Of a stretch of DNA of 64,000 bases, positions 20,769 through 31,105 are shown piece by piece. The stretch comes from an archaeon (GTDB lineage: Archaea; Nanobdellota; Nanobdellia; Parvarchaeales; Parvarchaeaceae), in contig JBBIPE010000002.1 of NCBI GenBank assembly GCA_037443005.1, forward strand, positions 6,815-70,814, read 5' to 3'. Both the position numbers and the translations under genes were made by a program. Position 1 is the stretch's first letter. Each line of letters begins with the position of its first letter. The notes beneath the pieces were generated by a model that worked only from the letters and a program-made list of their open reading frames with translations, had not been told where the DNA came from and did not search any database.

Positions 20769-20848
20769 AAATTTTTATTAATATTCTAATATAAAAGTAC
20801 TTTAAATGAAAACATTAGATTTTTATACTGAAATAATTTAATGATTAA

Positions 20849-21370
20849 ATGATATTGAGTGATAAGGATATAAAAGGATATCTTGAGAGAAATGAACTTA
20901 AAATAACCCCTTTATCCGATGATACAATAAGGGAAAATGGGGTTGACTTAAGAATTGGAGACGAGATACTTAGGTTCGTTTATAATAATGAACCAGTAGA
21001 TATAAATGACAAGTCTGCGCTTGAAAAAGTTTATAATAAGGAAAAAATAGAGGAAAGTTTTGTAATATATCCACAGGAAAGAATTCTTGTAAAAATCAAC
21101 GAAAAAATAAAAATGCCAAACAATTTGGTCGGTATGTGCAATGTGAGGTCTACTTTTGCCAGGATTGGTTTGGCAATACCACCAACAATAGTGGATGCAG
21201 GTTATGAGGGCAATCTTACAATAATGATGATCGGAGGAAACGTGCCTGTTAAGATCTCAAAAGGGATGCGCTTTCTTCACTTGGTTTTCAGTAAAACGCT
21301 AAGCGATGTTGAAAAGCCATACGACGGACATTACAACAAAACCTTAACTGTAACAGGTGCCAAGATATAA
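20849..21370 (+). CDS. dcd: dCTP deaminase (possibly bifunctional dCTP deaminase/dUTPase)
   Basis: MILSDKDI start, GVDLRIG, VRSTFARIG and VDAGYEGNLT motifs. Confidence 0.85.
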   Translation: MILSDKDIKGYLERNELKITPLSDDTIRENGVDLRIGDEILRFVYNNEPVDINDKSALEKVYNKEKIEESFVIYPQERILVKINEKIKMPNNLVGMCNVRSTFARIGLAIPPTIVDAGYEGNLTIMMIGGNVPVKISKGMRFLHLVFSKTLSDVEKPYDGHYNKTLTVTGAKI

Positions 21371-21394
21371 ATTTAGGTAAAACTTTAATCAAAT

Positions 21395-21511
21395 ATGAAA
21401 AGAAGCTCAAAAAACTGGAAAAAATACCACAAAGACAGGTGGAAAACGAGAAAGAAGAAGATGCTTGACAGAAAGAGAAAAAGAAGACTTCTTAGGGAGA
21501 AGAGCGCTTAG
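21395..21511 (+). CDS. 38-aa highly basic small protein (candidate, absent from ORF track)
   Basis: ATG(21395)...TAG(21509-21511) encodes MKRSSKNWKKYHKDRWKTRKKKMLDRKRKRRLLREKSA, more than half Lys/Arg. The composition resembles very small ribosomal-type proteins. Confidence 0.3.
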   Translation: MKRSSKNWKKYHKDRWKTRKKKMLDRKRKRRLLREKSA

Positions 21512-21544
21512 ATATAAATAATCTGTATTTAATTATTATTTTAA

Positions 21545-21666
21545 GCAGAGGTAGCGAAGTCTGGCCCACCGTGCAGGACTTAAGGTCCTTATCTGTCTTT
21601 GGAATAGCAAAGAATAAGATATCCTGTGGCTTAGCGCCCTCGTGGGTTCAAATCCCACCCTCTGCA
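21545..21666 (+). tRNA. tRNA-Leu (UAA) with ~36-nt intron at the canonical 37/38 position
   Basis: Acceptor GCAGAGG/CCTCTGC and anticodon stem CAGGA...TCCTG split by an intron (~21585-21620) containing nested inverted repeats CTTAT/ATAAG and CTTTG/CAAAG. The loop reads CT-TAA-G. Long variable arm; T arm GTGGG-TTCAAAT-CCCAC. Confidence 0.85.
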
Positions 21667-21682
21667 TATTTTATAAAAGTAA

Positions 21683-22924
21683 GTGGGAAAAACCAACGAT
21701 TTGAATCACGGGATGAGAGCGAACCCCAAAAAAACTATATAACAATAAAATACAATATAAAGAAATATGGAGATAATAAGATCCTATAAATTTAGGATCT
21801 ATCTAGACATAAAGAAACAAAAAGAGATAAACAATATGCTTGTTCTTGCTCAAAGGCTATACAACAAACTCCTTGAGAAATCTATTCAGTCATACAAAAA
21901 TGGAAATAGTAAAATCTCTATGTCAAAGTTAAATAAATTCAAAAAAGAAGCAATAGAAGAAAACAAGGATTTCCTAAAGCTATACTCTCAGACAAGAATT
22001 GACATAATAAGCAGGGTACAAATCTATAACATATTCTCAGGATAACGGCTCATTTTCAATAGAAGCAAACAATAAGAAGAAAACCAAATATCTTCATGTC
22101 TCAAGACTTGGAAGGCTGTCTATGGAAATGCACAGGAATATAAAAGGAAAGATAAAGACAATGACTATAAAGAAGGAAGGAAAACTATACTACGCAGTCT
22201 TTACAGCCATTCAAGATATAAATCCTACAAAGGTAGGGGACACAAACCCCATGGAATAGATTTAGGATTGAACAGTTTCATCGCATTGTCCGATGGGACA
22301 AAGATAGCCAAGCCGAGGTTCTTCAAAAAGAAAGCAAAGAGAATAGCTTTATGGCAGAAAAGAATAGCAAAGAGAAAGAAATCATCTAAAAGAAGGGAAA
22401 AAGCTAAGCTGCATCTGCAGAATGAATGGAAGAATATTACCAACCAGTTCAGCGACTTCATGCATAAGCTGTCAGATAAGCTTGTGAAATTAGTATACAC
22501 TTCATTTGCTGTAGAAAACCTTAACATCAACAATATGGTAAAGAACCACAGATTAGCACAGGCAATACAGAACGCTTCATGGAACAGGTTTATACAAATG
22601 TTATCATACAAGGCTGAAAGCGCTGGTATGACAGTAACAAAAGTAAATGCAAGAGACACATCAAAGGAATGCAGTAATTGCGGCAATATCCAAGAAATGC
22701 CGCTTTCAAGCAGAGAATACCGCTGCAATAACTGCGGATTGCATATGGATAGAGATATAAACGCAGCAATAAATATACTCAATAGAGCTACCCTCGGACA
22801 GAGGGGAAGTCACGCTCAGGGAGATTCTGTTAGACTTCAAAAGGAGGCAAGAATCAAAGAACTGAGAACATACTCTGCAATAGCAGGGGAAGCCCACACG
22901 CTTTAGCGGTTGGGAGGATGTCAT
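21683..22924 (+). mobile_element. IS200/IS605-family, tnpB-only (IS1341-like) element, copy 1
   Basis: A left-end-like sequence (21683-21724, diverged) and a TATA-like ATATAACAAT box precede tnpB. The right end AGGGGAAGCCCACACGCTTTAGCGGTTGGGAGGATGTCAT (to ~22924) shares GGGAAnnCCCACAnnCTTTA...GGATG with the left ends of the other copies. No tnpA is present. Confidence 0.7.
21767..22906 (+). pseudogene. tnpB: tnpB (RuvC-like RNA-guided nuclease family) disrupted by two compensating frameshifts
   Basis: The N-terminal piece 21767-22045 and the C-terminal piece (track 22268-22906) are in the same frame. The middle ~200 nt reads correctly only in another frame (..SFSIEANNKKKTKYLHVSRLGRLSMEMHRNIKGKIKTMTIKKEGKLYYAVF..). 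The GIDLG, AVENLN, CSNCG...CNNCG and DRDINAAINI catalytic/Zn motifs are present. Confidence 0.75.
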
Positions 22925-23204
22925 GAAAGTATACGAATATAAAAACGGCAAGGTTAATACAAAGCACTTGAAAGATTATGCAAAATCAAGCAAGAAATAC
23001 AGGGTAATGAAAGACTTGTATAGTCTTTTTATATCAATATCCCTTGTTTCTATAGCATTATCAGTCGTTATAGCTTTTTCAGTTATATCCGTAGTATTTT
23101 ATGACACTTCTTTATTATTTGGAATTTTTATTGATATCCTATCAGCTTTTTTTTCCTGGCGGATAATTTTGTTTTTCTGGAATCGTTATAAAAAGGACAT
23201 CTAA
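22923..23204 (+). CDS. Small two-TM membrane protein, unknown function
   Basis: 93-aa ORF. Its ATG lies within the terminal GGAGGATGTCATG of the IS right end. Confidence 0.35.
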   Translation: MKVYEYKNGKVNTKHLKDYAKSSKKYRVMKDLYSLFISISLVSIALSVVIAFSVISVVFYDTSLLFGIFIDILSAFFSWRIILFFWNRYKKDI

Positions 23205-23716
23205 TCATCTTTATATGCAATTTTAATGATTTCTTTCAATTCTTTTATTCTTATACTTGCGTACCCTCTTATAGGAAAATGCATTACGTAAATTTTTGAT
23301 TTATTTATTGGTTTCTGTAAGCCGAATCCGAATCTGTCATTTCCGACGAATTTTTTGAATGTAACTCTTCCTATGAAGCAGACTATTCTTGGTGTCTTCT
23401 CATTTATTATCTTATGTAGTCTTTTTACTCCTTTATTCTCTTCTCCTCTTTTAAGATCTGAAATGTCCTTTGATGGCCGGTCTATTAAGTTTATGAAATT
23501 TATGTTGTAATCCTTGCCAATTCTGTTGTACAAAATTTTTAGGTTTTTATCATCTTTTAAATATTCTTTATTTTCTTTTATTATCCCAGATTTACTCAAA
23601 AGATACCAGAACATTTTATTGTTTGAAAAAGGAACACCTCTCTTATATGATCCAAAATGCGGGTTTATGCCTACAAAAAGTATACGCGCATTTCTTTTTA
23701 TATGGTACTTTATCAT
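23201..23716 (-). CDS. mug: Mug/TDG-family (family 2) uracil-DNA glycosylase
   Basis: ILFVGINP, PFSNNKMFWYLL and LIDRPS parallel E. coli Mug VVFCGINPG, FAHPANRFWKVI and LVDRPT. Confidence 0.7.
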   Translation of the reverse strand: MIKYHIKRNARILFVGINPHFGSYKRGVPFSNNKMFWYLLSKSGIIKENKEYLKDDKNLKILYNRIGKDYNINFINLIDRPSKDISDLKRGEENKGVKRLHKIINEKTPRIVCFIGRVTFKKFVGNDRFGFGLQKPINKSKIYVMHFPIRGYASIRIKELKEIIKIAYKDD

Positions 23717-23744
23717 ATATTATTATAGATGTTTTATTGTTTTT

Positions 23745-24442
<698 letters not shown>

Positions 24443-24509
24443 ATTTGAAATACTAATCTTTGTATCTTCAGATATAACTTATTTAAGCTTGTGGATATTT
24501 TAATTAGAT

Positions 24510-24737
24510 ATGGTTGAAGAGAATGATGTTTTCGTGGGTGTATCATATGCCGCTAAACTTCAGTATGAAGATATAAAAAAAACAGTTAAGCGTGCATCGG
24601 ATTCATTTAATAAATTTAACGTAGACAATAAAAAATATGAGGAATTGCTCTTAAAAATGTCAGATGATTTAAAGGCAATACACAACTCATTTGAAGTTAT
24701 TTTTGATGATTTGAATAAATCGGAAACTCAAAAATAG
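24510..24737 (+). CDS. Small helical hypothetical protein
   Basis: 75-aa ORF, charged and helical in composition, with no recognisable motif. Confidence 0.3.
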   Translation: MVEENDVFVGVSYAAKLQYEDIKKTVKRASDSFNKFNVDNKKYEELLLKMSDDLKAIHNSFEVIFDDLNKSETQK

Positions 24738-24807
24738 AATATTCTAAATAATTAATACTTTAAAAGATATTTAAGCGTCGCAAATAATTATATTCTGATA
24801 CAGGTTT

Positions 24808-24912
24808 GCAGGGGTAGCGAAGCCTGGCCAAACGCGGCAGACTCAAGAAAATTTCGCGTTTGAGCTATCTGCTCTCTTTGTGAGTTCGAGGGTTCAAATC
24901 CCTCCCTCTGCA
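24808..24912 (+). tRNA. tRNA-Leu (CAA) with ~19-nt intron at position 37/38
   Basis: Acceptor GCAGGGG/CCTCTGC. Anticodon stem GCAGA...TCTGC is interrupted at ~24848-24866. The loop reads CT-CAA-G. T arm GAGGG-TTCAAAT-CCCTC. Confidence 0.85.
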
Positions 24913-25043
24913 TATTCTGTATTAAGCAGTAAAACTAAAAAAAAGCCTAAAAATTATACACACAAAATATTTTTTACATTCAAAGGGATATAAGACTATT
25001 TTTATATTGACTTAAGCGCAGTTATTAAGATAAAATAAATTTA

Positions 25044-27434
25044 CTAATAAGCTATTGAAGATCCGCTGTCTTTTTTTAATTTTATAACATTATCTGCAAT
25101 GTTTTTCATATTATCTTCATGCGTTACTATTATAATTTGTTTAAGGTCATTTATCCTAGTAATTGCATTTGTTAGTGCATTTATATCCTCTTTATCAAGT
25201 CCGGATGTAGGTTCATCCATGACTATAAGCTCATTTTTTCCGACTCCACCAAGAATCGCTGCTAAAGAAGATAGAGCTAATCTATAAGCTATGGCTACGG
25301 AGGTTTTTTCTCCACCAGACAGGGTTCTGGCGTCCATTTCCTCATTTCCAGAACTTATGACTACATTATAATTGTTGTCAATGTCTATCGAGTAGTCGCT
25401 TTCATTTCTAAGCTCCTCGAATCTGGATTTGAAAAGCGATCTAAATTCGTTTATAAATCTGAGCCTGACGTACTCTCTTATACTTCTTATATCCTCTCTC
25501 AAATTTGATAGTAATTTAAACAGACTCTCCTTTTTCTGCAATTTAGCCGCGGCTTCTTCCTTTCTTTTCATTTTTGATTCTAGCTCTTTCAATGTCTCCA
25601 TATCATTCAAGACCTGCTTTTCCCGCATTTCATTTTCATTTTTAAGTCTAGCTATATCATTGTTTATATCTGTTAATTCATTATTTAGAAGTTTAAGGCT
25701 ATCTTCCATATTCTTGAGATTCTCTTCATCAAAGTTTATCCTGTTTAATTCAAAATTTAATTTTTCTATATACTCCGAATTAGCAAGTACTCCGTCCTCT
25801 AATTCTTTTATTCTACTGCCGTAATTTTTAATTTCTATTGCTATTTTCTCCTGTTTATTTAGGAAAGCGCTTTCATTTCTTTTATTTTTTAATTCGTTTG
25901 AGATACTATCCAATCTTTCCTTAGATTCTTTGTATATTCTATTTGCTTCATCGTACTCCTTTTTTTGTTTATCCGTATCTATTATGGAAATTCTCTCCAC
26001 TACTGAAGCAAGTTTATCTTTTTCTGAGGAATTTTTTGAACTTAACAAATCAAATTTCCTTTGTAATTCGGTTTTTGATATTTTAAGTTCATCATATGAT
26101 TTTCTGAGTTGAAGTAAAGTTTTATCATAATAGTCTATTCTGACTTTATACTCATTTTTTATATGGTCTTCATCATTTATCTCCTTACCGCATAATTGGC
26201 AGACCTTAGTTTTAATTGCATTATATAATTCTTTTTCAGTTTCCTTTTTTATTTTTTCTATTTCTGTAATTCTTCCTTTTATTTCGTCTCTGTTTTCAGA
26301 TTCAGATGCAAGTTCGAGTTGTTTTCTTATTTCTTCAAGTTCTTTTTCAATTTCGGATATTTTTGTTTCCTCATTTTTTTCTTCTTTCTTTAGGTTTTCA
26401 AGCTCATTTATCGAGTTTTTGTATGAGTATTCTGCTTTGTACATTTCTGCGTATATTTTTTTAATTTCCTCATTTTTATTGTTTATACTTGTTTCAAGGT
26501 CGTTTATACTTTTCTCTACTAACTCCTTTCTTTTTTCATCAAAGTCTACTATTTCCTTGCTGTTTTCTTCTATTTTATTTTTATTTTTCTCAATTTCATT
26601 CAGAAATTTCTCTTTTTCTTCTCTCTTTATTTTTATTTCTGTGGATATCTTTGTAAATTTAACTTTTTGTGATCTTTCAAATTCAATTTCACTTTCTTTC
26701 TGTTTTTTGTTTATTTGCTTTTTTTCTAGTAAACTACTCCAATCATATATCTTTTTCTTTATATCTTCAATTTCATTTTTATTCTCGTCTATTTTTTTCT
26801 CTGTTTTTATTATTTCATCCTGGTTAATGCTTAATTCTACTTCTTTTTTGTCCAGGTCTATTTCTGTTTTTATTTTGTTTAATAAATCTCGCATGCTTTC
26901 ATATGTTGATAAGTATTTGTTAAGCTGTAGTAACCCGTCAATATACTCTTGTTTGTACTGATCTGTTTCGAAAATAAGGTTTTTCAGCTCATCTTGTTTT
27001 ATATATGTTATAGTTTCAAACATCTTTAATTGGTTGTCCGCGTCTATTTTTAGGAGCTTATTAACATAAGAATTTATATCTGATGCTCTGTTCTGTAAGT
27101 CCACTCTTACGCCGTCCTTATCTATATAATTTTTGGAATCATCATTTCTTACATTTTCATTTATTCTCTTTAATCCCCTGCTTATACTATATTCGTGGTT
27201 TCCATCTATTATATTTAATTTTACTTTTCCTTCCTTGCTGTTTCTTCTTAATATGATTTTACCTTCCTCTCTGCCTTCTCCTATCTTCCCAAAAAGCGCG
27301 TACTCTATTGACATTAAAATGGAAGACTTTCCGCTCCCAGTATTCCCAGTTATTATGTTTATCCCTTCAGTAAATCTAATATGTGTGTTATTATGGCTTC
27401 TTATGTTTTCAAGCGATATATCAGATATTATCAT
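25044..27434 (-). CDS. rad50: DNA double-strand break repair ATPase Rad50
   Basis: Walker A GNTGSGKS, a very long K/E-rich coiled coil with zinc hook CQLCG, signature LSGGE and Walker B LIVMDEP. The likely start is MIISDISLENIRSH (27434); the track start is 27458. Confidence 0.9.
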   Translation of the reverse strand: MIISDISLENIRSHNNTHIRFTEGINIITGNTGSGKSSILMSIEYALFGKIGEGREEGKIILRRNSKEGKVKLNIIDGNHEYSISRGLKRINENVRNDDSKNYIDKDGVRVDLQNRASDINSYVNKLLKIDADNQLKMFETITYIKQDELKNLIFETDQYKQEYIDGLLQLNKYLSTYESMRDLLNKIKTEIDLDKKEVELSINQDEIIKTEKKIDENKNEIEDIKKKIYDWSSLLEKKQINKKQKESEIEFERSQKVKFTKISTEIKIKREEKEKFLNEIEKNKNKIEENSKEIVDFDEKRKELVEKSINDLETSINNKNEEIKKIYAEMYKAEYSYKNSINELENLKKEEKNEETKISEIEKELEEIRKQLELASESENRDEIKGRITEIEKIKKETEKELYNAIKTKVCQLCGKEINDEDHIKNEYKVRIDYYDKTLLQLRKSYDELKISKTELQRKFDLLSSKNSSEKDKLASVVERISIIDTDKQKKEYDEANRIYKESKERLDSISNELKNKRNESAFLNKQEKIAIEIKNYGSRIKELEDGVLANSEYIEKLNFELNRINFDEENLKNMEDSLKLLNNELTDINNDIARLKNENEMREKQVLNDMETLKELESKMKRKEEAAAKLQKKESLFKLLSNLREDIRSIREYVRLRFINEFRSLFKSRFEELRNESDYSIDIDNNYNVVISSGNEEMDARTLSGGEKTSVAIAYRLALSSLAAILGGVGKNELIVMDEPTSGLDKEDINALTNAITRINDLKQIIIVTHEDNMKNIADNVIKLKKDSGSSIAY

Positions 27435-28590
27435 TGTAAAAAATTCTCTCAACCTCATTTTTTATTTTTTCCGTGTCTTCTCCTGTTGATTCTATAAGAA
27501 AATGTCCTATTTTTATCTCCTTGTCGGAATAGTTCCTACCCTTAAGAAATTTTTCTTCTATGGTAGAAATCTCCTCATTTTTAATGTCTTCAGTCTCATA
27601 TGTAATCTCCACATCTGACAACCTAGATCTGTTTATGCTTATGTAAGAATACCCTAATTCATATCCTATATTTTTTATCTTTATTATATTCATTTCTGCC
27701 TGTTTGCCCTTAAGTTTTCCTTCGATCTTAACTACAAGGATATCTCCTTCGTTTTTTGAAAGTTTCTCTATTATCTCTTTTTCTACATCTGCAGGTGTTT
27801 TATTATTTGAATTTATCGTAAATATCTGTCTTTTCCTAGTTTTTATTATTTTATAGACTATTGAGTTTATTCCATCTTTATTGTACTCTACCACATAGAA
27901 TCCTCTATTTGGATTATCAACTATCTCCTTCTCATCGCAGTACTCTAGAGAACCAGGGTACTGTATTATGCCTTTATCATAAGGTATATTGTCTTTATGT
28001 CCATGCCAGTGCCCAGCAGCATAATAATCGAATCCTTTTGGAAGACTTTCGGTTTCAAGATCCTTAAACTTTTCTCCCAAAAATGATATTGTATGATGAA
28101 ATAAGAATATCTTTATGTATGCAGATTTATCTTCTTTTATTCTTAATCTTTTGAATATCTCATCTTCTACTCTGCTTCTTTTGCCCTTTATACCACATAT
28201 AAATGCACCTTTGTATGTTATACCAGAAAGTTCAACTGTATCATTAATTTTCAGGTACTTCTTTGAATTTAGGTTTACAAGCAGCTCGTTTCTATCGAAT
28301 AGTTCTATTATGCTATCCTCCTCTCCGATTCCCACGTCATGTGAGCCAGGTATTATAAAAACTTGTATACCTTCCTTCTTAAGGCGATTCATCTGGTCCG
28401 TTACAAAAAGCAGTGAATCCAATGGAGGATTTCCGGTATCGAATAAATCTCCAGAATGTACTATAAAATCTACTTTGCTTTCCAGAGCGTAGTCTATCAT
28501 TTGTATAAATGCATTTTTTATGTCGTTGTTTCTTGTCTCGTTTTTGTAGACTTGCCCTATGTGAGTATCTCCGACATGTATAAATTTCAT
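27421..28590 (-). CDS. mre11: DNA double-strand break repair nuclease Mre11
   Basis: Phosphoesterase motifs HVGDTH, HSGDLFD, GSHD and AGHWHGH, directly upstream of and overlapping rad50. Confidence 0.9.
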   Translation of the reverse strand: MKFIHVGDTHIGQVYKNETRNNDIKNAFIQMIDYALESKVDFIVHSGDLFDTGNPPLDSLLFVTDQMNRLKKEGIQVFIIPGSHDVGIGEEDSIIELFDRNELLVNLNSKKYLKINDTVELSGITYKGAFICGIKGKRSRVEDEIFKRLRIKEDKSAYIKIFLFHHTISFLGEKFKDLETESLPKGFDYYAAGHWHGHKDNIPYDKGIIQYPGSLEYCDEKEIVDNPNRGFYVVEYNKDGINSIVYKIIKTRKRQIFTINSNNKTPADVEKEIIEKLSKNEGDILVVKIEGKLKGKQAEMNIIKIKNIGYELGYSYISINRSRLSDVEITYETEDIKNEEISTIEEKFLKGRNYSDKEIKIGHFLIESTGEDTEKIKNEVERIFYNDNI

Positions 28591-28663
28591 TTTTATAGTA
28601 AGCAGGCTATTAATTAAATGTTTTATTAGTATTATTTATATAATATATGTTTTATTTATTTAT

Positions 28664-29683
28664 ATGGATGTTGAAGAAAGAATTTCGCTCATAAAGAGAA
28701 ATACCCTGGAAATAATAAAACTTGATGATCTTAAGCAATTAGTAGAAAGTGGGCAACCTATGTCTGCCTATATAGGAAGAGCACCTACTGGATCAATACA
28801 TCTTGGGCATCTTGTTGTGCTTGGAAAGCTATTTGATTTTGAGAAGGCAGGAATAAGGACTAAAATACTTATAGCAGATATTCATGCGGCATTAGATGAT
28901 CTTAAATCAAAATGGGAGGATCTTGACAAAAAGGTAGATTACACAAAAAAGTGCATAGAACTTGCATTTGATTGGGAGAAGGCTCCGGAATTCGTTAGGG
29001 GATCGGATTTTGAGCTGAGTCAGTCCTATGTTACAGATATGCTTAAATTGTCAACAATTACAACGGTTGAAAGGGCGCTTCATTCTGCTTCAGAGGTTAC
29101 TCGTATGAAGAACCCAAAAGTAAGTGAGTTGATATATCCGATAATGCAGGCATTGGATGAGGAGTATCTGGATGTTGATATCCAATTGGGAGGAATGGAC
29201 CAACGGCATATATTTGGGTATGCTAGAGAGTATCTGGAAAAGCTTGGTTATAGAAAAAGGGTCGAAATAATGACTCCATTAATATCATCTATAAATGGGC
29301 CAGGTACAAAAATGTCATCTTCTGTACCTGAAAGCAATATAAAGATATACGATTCCGAGGATTCAATAAAAAGGAAGATAATGCATAGCTACTGTCCAGA
29401 AGGAGTCGTTGACAATAATTTTATAATACAGATTATAAATTTCTTCATACTTCCTAATGACGGAGGATTCCACATAGAAAGGGATGAAAAGTTCGGCGGT
29501 GACATTGATATAACTTCTTCCGAGCAGCTTATAAATCTATATTCAGAAAAAAAGATACATCCACTTGATTTAAAGAATGCCCTAGCTGACAATCTTATAA
29601 AAAGATTCCAGAATGCAAGGGATTACTTTGAAAGTCAGACAGATATGCTTAAAGATCTTGGAGACAGTTTTATGCCAAATTAA
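28664..29683 (+). CDS. tyrS: Tyrosyl-tRNA synthetase
   Basis: Class I HIGH-type motif (SIHLGH) and KMSKS-type motif (KMSSS), with an archaeal-size product of 339 aa. Confidence 0.9.
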   Translation: MDVEERISLIKRNTLEIIKLDDLKQLVESGQPMSAYIGRAPTGSIHLGHLVVLGKLFDFEKAGIRTKILIADIHAALDDLKSKWEDLDKKVDYTKKCIELAFDWEKAPEFVRGSDFELSQSYVTDMLKLSTITTVERALHSASEVTRMKNPKVSELIYPIMQALDEEYLDVDIQLGGMDQRHIFGYAREYLEKLGYRKRVEIMTPLISSINGPGTKMSSSVPESNIKIYDSEDSIKRKIMHSYCPEGVVDNNFIIQIINFFILPNDGGFHIERDEKFGGDIDITSSEQLINLYSEKKIHPLDLKNALADNLIKRFQNARDYFESQTDMLKDLGDSFMPN

Positions 29684-29684
29684 T

Positions 29685-30080
29685 ATGGAAAAAGCATATT
29701 CATATGTTGAGGATGTAAAAATATACGATACGGATGCTCAGGGTATTGTGCATTATGCCGGTTATTATAGGTTCTTTACGGATTCAATGCAGGAATTCGT
29801 GCGATCAAAAGGTTACACTTTTCCATTTATAGACGATAAGCACTGGTTTGTGGTTCTGGAATCTGGCGCTAAATACCTAAAATCTGCACATGCAGGCGAA
29901 ACATTGGCAATTAATCTTAAAGTAAAACAGGTTTCAAATAAGATAATAAGATTTGATTTTGATATAATGAGGGGTACAGATGAAATATGCCAGGGATACA
30001 TACTACACATCTGTATAGACAGAACTTTATGGAAGTCTGTGGATATACCGCAAGAGTTTTTGGACTTATTGAACAAATGA
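29685..30080 (+). CDS. 4HBT/YbgC-like acyl-CoA thioesterase
   Basis: ATG at 29685. YDTDAQGIVHYAGYYRFF is the hotdog-fold catalytic region. Confidence 0.7.
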   Translation: MEKAYSYVEDVKIYDTDAQGIVHYAGYYRFFTDSMQEFVRSKGYTFPFIDDKHWFVVLESGAKYLKSAHAGETLAINLKVKQVSNKIIRFDFDIMRGTDEICQGYILHICIDRTLWKSVDIPQEFLDLLNK

Positions 30081-30725
30081 ATCAAGTTTCCTGTATTCTA
30101 TAGACTTTAAAGTTGACCAGCTTTTTCTTATAAACTCTTTGTATGGGCTATCATTTATCTTTCCGTTTTCTTTTATTATTTTTATAAAATTAATAGTTCT
30201 TGGGTCTGAAGGATAGCCGCTGCCAAAATCATATCCTAATAGTTTTTTTATATTTTCCACTTCTTTTTCCCTTTCAGCCTTTGCAAGGATAGATGCAGCT
30301 GAAACTTCGATATGATTTTTATCTGCGTAATTTTCTGCTAAAATAATTTTATCTCTTACTATACGTTGCATATATTTTTTTACCTTTTCCGTGTTTCTGC
30401 TTGGCGAATCTATTATAACCTTATCTCCATTTAAGCTGTTTGCTATATCTGCCATATTGTCAAGTTCTAAATAATTTAGGTTTTTTCCGTTTTCAAATCT
30501 GTTGTCTATTTCATTAGGCGAAATTTTTATCACAGTGTAATTATTCGTAGAATTTTTTATCTCTCGTTCCAATAAATATATCCGTTTTATGTTTAACATT
30601 TTTGAATCTTTTACGCCAATTGTTTTGAATCTGCCAGCAGTATCCTCGTCTATACCGATACCTGCTATAGTCATCGGTCCTATCACCGGCCCTCTGCCAG
30701 CTTCATCTATGCCTATTGTTATCAT
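30066..30725 (-). CDS. rnhB: Ribonuclease HII
   Basis: GIDEAGRGPVIGPM N-terminus, DSK motif and ASILAK motif. Confidence 0.9.
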   Translation of the reverse strand: MITIGIDEAGRGPVIGPMTIAGIGIDEDTAGRFKTIGVKDSKMLNIKRIYLLEREIKNSTNNYTVIKISPNEIDNRFENGKNLNYLELDNMADIANSLNGDKVIIDSPSRNTEKVKKYMQRIVRDKIILAENYADKNHIEVSAASILAKAEREKEVENIKKLLGYDFGSGYPSDPRTINFIKIIKENGKINDSPYKEFIRKSWSTLKSIEYRKLDSFVQ

Positions 30726-31046
30726 TCAACCTCTGCTCTTGCCAAGTTGATCAGCCCTGAATCTCGCATGTCCAAATTGTATTATCGCCTTTATACCGAA
30801 CTTTTCTAGGCCAATCGGGATATCACATGCTCCGTATGTACTGCCGCCCCATATATAAACTTCAGCACCAGAGTTCTTGCTTATCATGTCGGCTATATCA
30901 AGAGAATGGAGCTTGAATCCATCAGGTATCTGTATAGCTACTTTATTATATTTTTTATCCTTTATCTTATCTATTATTTCATCAAAGTTTATATCATATT
31001 TTTCAGTAAGGTATTCCAATCCATCGTTTTCTATTTTATATTTCAT
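30726..31046 (-). pseudogene. dph2: N-terminal third of diphthamide synthase Dph2 (truncated)
   Basis: 106 aa. NKVAIQIPDGF...YGACD...IIQFGHA parallels the first domain of archaeal Dph2 (KRVLIQSPEGL...YGACD...LIHLGHS). The ORF stops directly against the rnhB start, and the remaining ~2/3 of the protein is absent. Confidence 0.6.
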
Positions 31047-31105
31047 CTAAATCTTTGAATTTGCTGCTATTTAAATTATTTATCCTTTATACTTCAATTT
31101 ATCTT

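Noticed and set aside
21571-21789. 72-aa ORF spanning the tRNA-Leu(UAA) 3' half and the IS left end
   Set aside because: It overlaps a well-folded tRNA and non-coding IS-end sequence, so it is almost certainly spurious.
22225-22782. 185-aa minus-strand ORF antisense to tnpB
   Set aside because: It has no recognisable motifs and lies entirely within the tnpB coding sequence, whose catalytic motifs are on the plus strand.
21767-22906. Programmed ribosomal frameshifting in tnpB
   Set aside because: Two shifts of opposite sign ~200 nt apart, one explained by a single missing G and with no slippery heptamer, fit mutation or sequencing error better than programmed recoding.
25099-27489. Series of 60-180-aa plus-strand ORFs (e.g. 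25429-25824, 26419-26961, 27133-27489) rich in F/S/L/I, antisense to rad50
   Set aside because: They are the mirror image of the AAA/GAA-rich coiled-coil codons of rad50 (TTT/TTC/TCT). They are low complexity with no motifs and lie fully inside a confidently identified gene.
25044-28590. mre11-rad50 without adjacent herA/nurA as an anomaly
   Set aside because: The four-gene operon is typical of some thermophiles but is not universal, so its absence in one window is not informative.
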